Shown: positions 17,086-20,000 of the stretch, piece after piece
Layout of the letters: every line of letters starts with the position of its first letter
Position numbering within the stretch: the first letter of the stretch is position 1
Source of the DNA: an uncultured virus (IMG/VR IMGVR_UViG_3300018475_001835)
Lineage: Duplodnaviria > Heunggongvirae > Uroviricota > Caudoviricetes
DNA length: 20,000 nt
Reading direction: 5' to 3' (one strand)
IMG/VR virus record: IMGVR_UViG_3300018475_001835
Position numbers and translations under genes: made by a program
The notes under the pieces: model-generated
Database searches by the model: none
Told to the model about the DNA's origin: nothing
What the model saw: the letters and a program-made list of their open reading frames with translations, nothing else

Positions 17086-18165
17086 CTATAATGAATTAAG
17101 ATCTAATGGATTATCTGCAAAATATCTATTATTTATATCTTGCACTGTTTGTGGATCATTAAAATTAACCATCCATGTATAATCAATAGCTTCAGGCATT
17201 TGAGTATATAATAAATGCTGATAAATAATATCACAAGCATTATATCTAAATTTAAAATTTGTAGCATCAATATATTTAGATAATTCAGGCAATACCGTAT
17301 ACACATAGTCTGTATCAGCAGTATGTGAATTTAATATCTTACCATTCAATATAGCTTCATTTAAAATACGAATAGCTACAGTGCTACTTATAGCAGAATT
17401 TAGATTAAATTGTTTATTACCTGTAAGAGACATTAATAAACTAAGATGTTGCGGATTTATAGCATTAATATATTCTAAAGTTTTTGCTGATGATATATTA
17501 GAATAATATTGATATAAAATATTTCCACCAAATACTGGAAATGAAGTATCTTCTCCAATATGTTTTCTTGGTCTAAATACAGCAGTATTAGGTACCAATG
17601 CAGGTATTTGATAAGCGTACGTATTTTTAGTTATAATTATTGCAGGCACATTTGGATTTTTAAGTATATTATCATATACAAATAATGGAAACATTGATTT
17701 CTTATTTACAAGATATATATCTTCCATATATGCGACTAATATTTTAACCATTTCTAATTGAGATAAAATAAGTTCATTGTTTCTAGCATAATTTATAGTA
17801 GATTTAAAATCGTCTGTACTAAATCCATTATAAAATTGCTTATGATTATTAGTAGAGTTATCAGCATAAACAAGAAATATTCTAGTATACATATGATGAT
17901 ATCTTCTAAAATATCCTCTTAAATGAGCTGCTAAATTAATTACAGCTGATACTATGACATATTGTTTGTCTGCATAAATATCTTTACCATAAATTGGTTT
18001 TAGCATATCAAATATATCAACGTATATATCAATTGAATTAGATGGAGCACTATTAGCAAATGCTGCTCCTACTAATTCTTGTAATTTAGTATATTTAATA
18101 TAATATCCAAATAAGATACTTTCTAAATTTTGTCTGATATCGTTTATACTGCGATTCTCATTCAT
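17086..18165 (-). CDS. putative 5'-3' exonuclease/FEN (PIN)-fold protein, possibly catalytically degenerate (359 aa)
   Basis: Order of motifs IDIYVDIFDML / IFLVYAD / AIIITKNTYAYQ / LLMSLTGN resembles the FEN/T4 RNase H layout, but EADD and DKD are absent. The CDS itself is solid; the family call is tentative. Confidence 0.45.
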   Translation of the reverse strand: MNENRSINDIRQNLESILFGYYIKYTKLQELVGAAFANSAPSNSIDIYVDIFDMLKPIYGKDIYADKQYVIVSAVINLAAHLRGYFRRYHHMYTRIFLVYADNSTNNHKQFYNGFSTDDFKSTINYARNNELILSQLEMVKILVAYMEDIYLVNKKSMFPLFVYDNILKNPNVPAIIITKNTYAYQIPALVPNTAVFRPRKHIGEDTSFPVFGGNILYQYYSNISSAKTLEYINAINPQHLSLLMSLTGNKQFNLNSAISSTVAIRILNEAILNGKILNSHTADTDYVYTVLPELSKYIDATNFKFRYNACDIIYQHLLYTQMPEAIDYTWMVNFNDPQTVQDINNRYFADNPLDLNSL

Positions 18166-18178
18166 TTATATCAGTCCT

Positions 18179-18574
18179 TTATTCTTCAGAATATGCAGAT
18201 CCTAAAAGCTCTGAAGGATCATAGTATTCTTCTGACCCATCATCAGATTCTTCATCAGGATCATTAAGATGTTTCATAACATCATCATACTCATCTCTTT
18301 GAGAAACTGCTTTAATAATACGCTTAGTATTACCGTAACCCTGCTCTACAAGAACTGCAGATAATTCATCTGCACCATCATCAGATAGTGTAACGCCTTT
18401 CATAGCACGTTCTTGTCCATCTTGGTAGTTCCATTTTCTTAAATCAAGTTTAGGTTCTCTACCATTCCAACTTACTTTACGAAGATTAAGACTTGAATTA
18501 CCAGCTTCTTCAATAATAAAATCAAAACCTTCTTGGATATCCATAGTAAATTCTTTATTATTATCTTTTGCCAT
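18179..18574 (-). CDS. YdbC/PC4-family single-stranded DNA-binding protein with acidic tail
   Basis: LNLRKVSWNGREPKLDLRKW...KGVTLS matches the YdbC/PC4 signature (LNLxSWNGxxPKYDIRxW...KGITL). The C-terminus is acidic: DPDEESDDGSEEYY. Confidence 0.85.
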   Translation of the reverse strand: MAKDNNKEFTMDIQEGFDFIIEEAGNSSLNLRKVSWNGREPKLDLRKWNYQDGQERAMKGVTLSDDGADELSAVLVEQGYGNTKRIIKAVSQRDEYDDVMKHLNDPDEESDDGSEEYYDPSELLGSAYSEE

Positions 18575-18630
18575 AGTTATTTTCCTCTCAATAAATTATT
18601 TATTATATTGTAATTTGATATTTATTTTCA

Positions 18631-18667
18631 AAAAATAAAAGATATAGGGGTGGGTATAACCCACCCC
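18631..18667 (-). terminator. intrinsic terminator after the 279-aa gene
   Basis: Inverted repeat GGGGTGGGT / ACCCACCCC (18647-18667), followed on the minus strand by TATATCTTTTATTTTT. Confidence 0.75.
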
Positions 18668-18685
18668 ATCTTTCAACAAATGAGA

Positions 18686-19525
18686 TTAGCTGTACATCTG
18701 TACGCCGAGATACTGCTGCGGAACAGGATTCTCTTTCATAAAGATTGCTTCGATAGCTGCTGAATCGAACTGCTCAATATTCATAACAAAGCTGCCGTCA
18801 GCAAGACCTTTAATGAAGCGTACTTCATAACGAGCTTCTGATCTGTAGTTGGTATCACCAGATTCATTTGCTACGGTTTTGGTAATAATATCGCGTCCAT
18901 AAATTTCCTGAACAAGACGACGAATATCAAAACCTGATACACGGACCAAAATACGATCTGTGTTGTAAGCTCTATGGAAAGGATCAGTTACAGGAATATG
19001 AACTTCGCTAAGAACTTCTGCATTTCCCCAAACCTTATTATTGTTAGGAAGATTTGCATTCTTACCACCAAACATAAACTTTGATAAGAGAAGCTTGGTT
19101 TCATTGTTCAAAGTGAATGCCTTGCCAGCGCGGCGGTTCTGTGTTACCTGCATACGCTCATAGAGATTACCTTTGCCACTAACAGGATCGATAAGTGAAT
19201 CAAGATTCATGATCTTACCTGCGGGAAGTGACTCTGTGTTGCGCTCAAAGAATAAATCAACAGCAATCTGACCATTGGGTAAAAGACGCATATTGCATCC
19301 CTTAACTTCGTGGAATGTCTGTTTGAAATAAGCGCAGATTTTTCTGCTAAGATCAGCAGAATTCACTCTGGTTGTCTTTCCGAATGCTTCGAAAGTTTCA
19401 GGCTGCCATTTAAGTGCCTCTGTACCATCAAAGCCATTTCCGTACTCAACGGGGTTCTTTGTGTTGTTGTTTGTAATTTCTCCTTCAGAAACTACATTTG
19501 TGAAGATTGTGTTTTCGGTTGCCAT
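18686..19525 (-). CDS. hypothetical protein (279 aa), probably highly expressed
   Basis: GGAGGT SD, its own promoter-like motif and terminator, and visibly higher GC with more C-ending codons than neighbours. Confidence 0.8.
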   Translation of the reverse strand: MATENTIFTNVVSEGEITNNNTKNPVEYGNGFDGTEALKWQPETFEAFGKTTRVNSADLSRKICAYFKQTFHEVKGCNMRLLPNGQIAVDLFFERNTESLPAGKIMNLDSLIDPVSGKGNLYERMQVTQNRRAGKAFTLNNETKLLLSKFMFGGKNANLPNNNKVWGNAEVLSEVHIPVTDPFHRAYNTDRILVRVSGFDIRRLVQEIYGRDIITKTVANESGDTNYRSEARYEVRFIKGLADGSFVMNIEQFDSAAIEAIFMKENPVPQQYLGVQMYS

Positions 19526-19626
19526 AAAGCATTTACCTCCGATATAAAAATATTTTTTATATAAACCGAGTTCTTCATACTCGGGATATATTAAGTTAAT
19601 TATATAGATATTATTTATCTATATGC

Positions 19627-19647
19627 ACATTAATAGTATACAATTAT
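19627..19647 (-). promoter_or_regulatory. candidate early/middle-class promoter
   Basis: Minus strand ATAATTGTATACTATTAATGT is 16/21 identical to 6157-6177. Leader hairpins follow at 19602-19624 and 19566-19584. Confidence 0.4.
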
Positions 19648-19676
19648 TTCTTAGTTTACGCAGTTGTAAATTTATA

Positions 19677-20000
19677 TTAATGAGTTAATCCAAATGATTC
19701 TAATACCTGCATATCATCAGCATTGTCTGCATAGTATCCATCTATTTCATATGCAATAAGATAAATTTTATTTTCAGAATCACATACAACTACATGTTGC
19801 ACATTTACAATTTTAGATATATCAATATCTTTATCATACTTGATAACTCTTATATTAGAAATATATCTTCTAATCATATCCTGTAAACGTTCTTTTTGTT
19901 TTTCATTTAATATGATATCACCGTTAGAATTATAAGATTCTTTACCGAGAACTATAGGGAAATCAATTTGAGTTATATTAAAAATAGATTTATAATTTCC
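19677..20000 (-). CDS. 3' portion of a hypothetical protein running off the window edge
   Basis: The frame of the listed 66-aa ORF stays open from 19877 to 20000 (GNYKSIFNITQIDFPIVLGKESYNSNGDIILNEKQKERLQD-MIRRY...). Confidence 0.7.
   Translation of the reverse strand, partial: GNYKSIFNITQIDFPIVLGKESYNSNGDIILNEKQKERLQDMIRRYISNIRVIKYDKDIDISKIVNVQHVVVCDSENKIYLIAYEIDGYYADNADDMQVLESFGLTH

Noticed and set aside
18686..19525. Chimallin or tubulin (PhuZ) identity for the 279-aa protein
   Set aside because: Much shorter than chimallin, no tubulin GGGTGSG-like motif, and no recognisable sequence support.
3335..19564. Antisense ORFs 3335-3598, 5587-5808, 6792-6995, 7027-7374, 11089-11322, 13109-13315, 13854-14480, 19310-19564
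   Set aside because: They lie wholly or almost wholly opposite well-supported genes, show antisense-typical Ser/Ile/Phe composition, and lack translation signals.
1..20000. Stop-codon reassignment (TAG or TGA read-through, as in some gut phages)
   Set aside because: Long ORFs are intact under the standard code and tile the window. TAG and TGA appear as plausible true stops followed by terminators or new SD/start sites.

Overview
Very AT-rich (under about 30% GC by eye), densely coded segment of a large myovirus, most likely a phiKZ/AR9-related jumbo phage of a Gram-positive (Firmicutes-type) host. Shine-Dalgarno sites are strong and the standard genetic code fits. The virion module (about 500-15950) holds a T4 gp6-like baseplate wedge with an inserted SH3b domain, a tail-tube-fold protein, a probable baseplate hub, a two-gene structural pair (one membrane-type), and four tandem paralogous head/ejection-type proteins. 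Those paralogs share MIF-type N-termini, [LV]-x-E/[AS] putative protease sites and amphipathic helices. The right end (16250-20000, minus strand) holds non-structural genes, including a YdbC/PC4 ssDNA-binding protein and a possibly degenerate FEN/PIN-fold protein. Strongest unannotated signals: (1) an (A/G)ACAT-N5-TAA motif before all five structural transcription units, matching the AR9 non-virion RNAP late promoter AACA-N6-TA; (2) an internal strong SD plus in-frame TTG in the last paralog, marking off a protease-flanked ~157-aa add-on module; (3) a second promoter-like motif before non-structural units, one copy facing an ORF-less ~200-nt candidate small RNA. All protein family calls come from motif recognition only; no searches were run.
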